Below are positions 16,119 to 16,656 of a DNA stretch of 16,656 nt, piece by piece. The translations under genes were made by a program, and so were the position numbers. Positions within the stretch are counted from its first letter, which is position 1. Every line of letters begins with the position of its first letter. The notes under the pieces are model-generated. The model did no database searches and was not told the DNA's origin. It worked only from the letters and a program-made list of their open reading frames with translations. Source of the stretch: Octopus sinensis (taxonomy: Eukaryota); assembly GCF_006345805.1 (NCBI RefSeq), contig NW_021824907.1, forward strand, positions 1 through 16,656, written 5' to 3'.

Positions 16119-16656
16119 ACTGTCGAGGGTTGCGTCAAAGCGTAAAAGATCTGACGTTAGCACCTTTTTCTTCCTCTTGGCGATATTCATTTGTTTTATT
16201 TTTGTTTATAATTTCCAACTTGTCCGTGTGGGAGGGAGTGTATGTGGTGGCGGGAGGGAGGGGACGGGCTTAGCCATCGCCAGGCAGGGTTAAACATCCC
16301 GAATGTCGTCGCTAAAAGACAGGTGGCAATGCAACATTCTGGGTGATGGATTCCATTGACAATCAGAACGATCATGATTTGCGGAAAAATAACCCTCCTA
16401 CATAAGCCTCACACGCTACCAATACACGGACAGCGGACGAGTGCGTGCGAAGGGGATGCGTGATGCGTGTGATTTTTCGTTATTGTCTTCCCATCCCGGG
16501 CAACAAAAACGACAAAAAGACAAAAAAAAATCATTGAAAACAAATTATAAAAGATAAAACAAAATAAAACTGATCCAGTTGAATAAGTATTATTGGATGG
16601 TTGGGTATTTTCATTCGTGCTTGCTTTGATAATCTACCCGAGATGGTGGTCGCTTT

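Noticed and set aside
15987-16190. 67-aa minus-strand ORF MNIAKRKKK... as a real first exon
   Set aside because: Runs into the (ATT)n repeat and the only candidate donor (aag|gtgcta) is weak. Kept only as a low-interest regulatory note.
1-16656. CRISPR array, tRNA genes or prokaryotic system
   Set aside because: No regular repeat-spacer array. tRNA-like boxes are all SINE heads that continue into SINE bodies. The sequence is clearly eukaryotic repeat DNA.

Overview
Repeat-dense, microsatellite-rich eukaryotic DNA with no host protein-coding gene that I can support. The SINE style and AT/CA/ATT microsatellite load suggest a cephalopod (probably Octopus) genome; this is inference and no search was run. 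Contents: many tRNA-derived SINEs (at least 3 families); a decayed RLE-type non-LTR element, R4/Dong-like (~5.5-6.9 kb, minus); a Tx1/L1-like element with ORF1 but the RT deleted (~7.15-10.0 kb, minus); a Tc1 3' end with IR/DR repeats (11242-11673); a Penelope GIY-YIG 3' remnant (12.7-13.7 kb); and a CR1 3' fragment with a 13-bp TSD (14835-15198). Main discovery: a cluster of type I hammerhead ribozyme (HHR) motifs from several unrelated families between 11.0 and 15.5 kb. Two copies have intact CUGANGA/GAAA cores (15385-15446 plus, 14620-14681 minus). They belong to an ORF-less ~385-nt unit that becomes visible once the CR1 is removed, which looks like a retrozyme or non-autonomous Penelope-like element with a shared U.U pair at the base of stem II. 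One SINE family also shares its 3' tail with the Tx1-like LINE. All translations, alignments and folds were done by eye; element boundaries are approximate unless stated.
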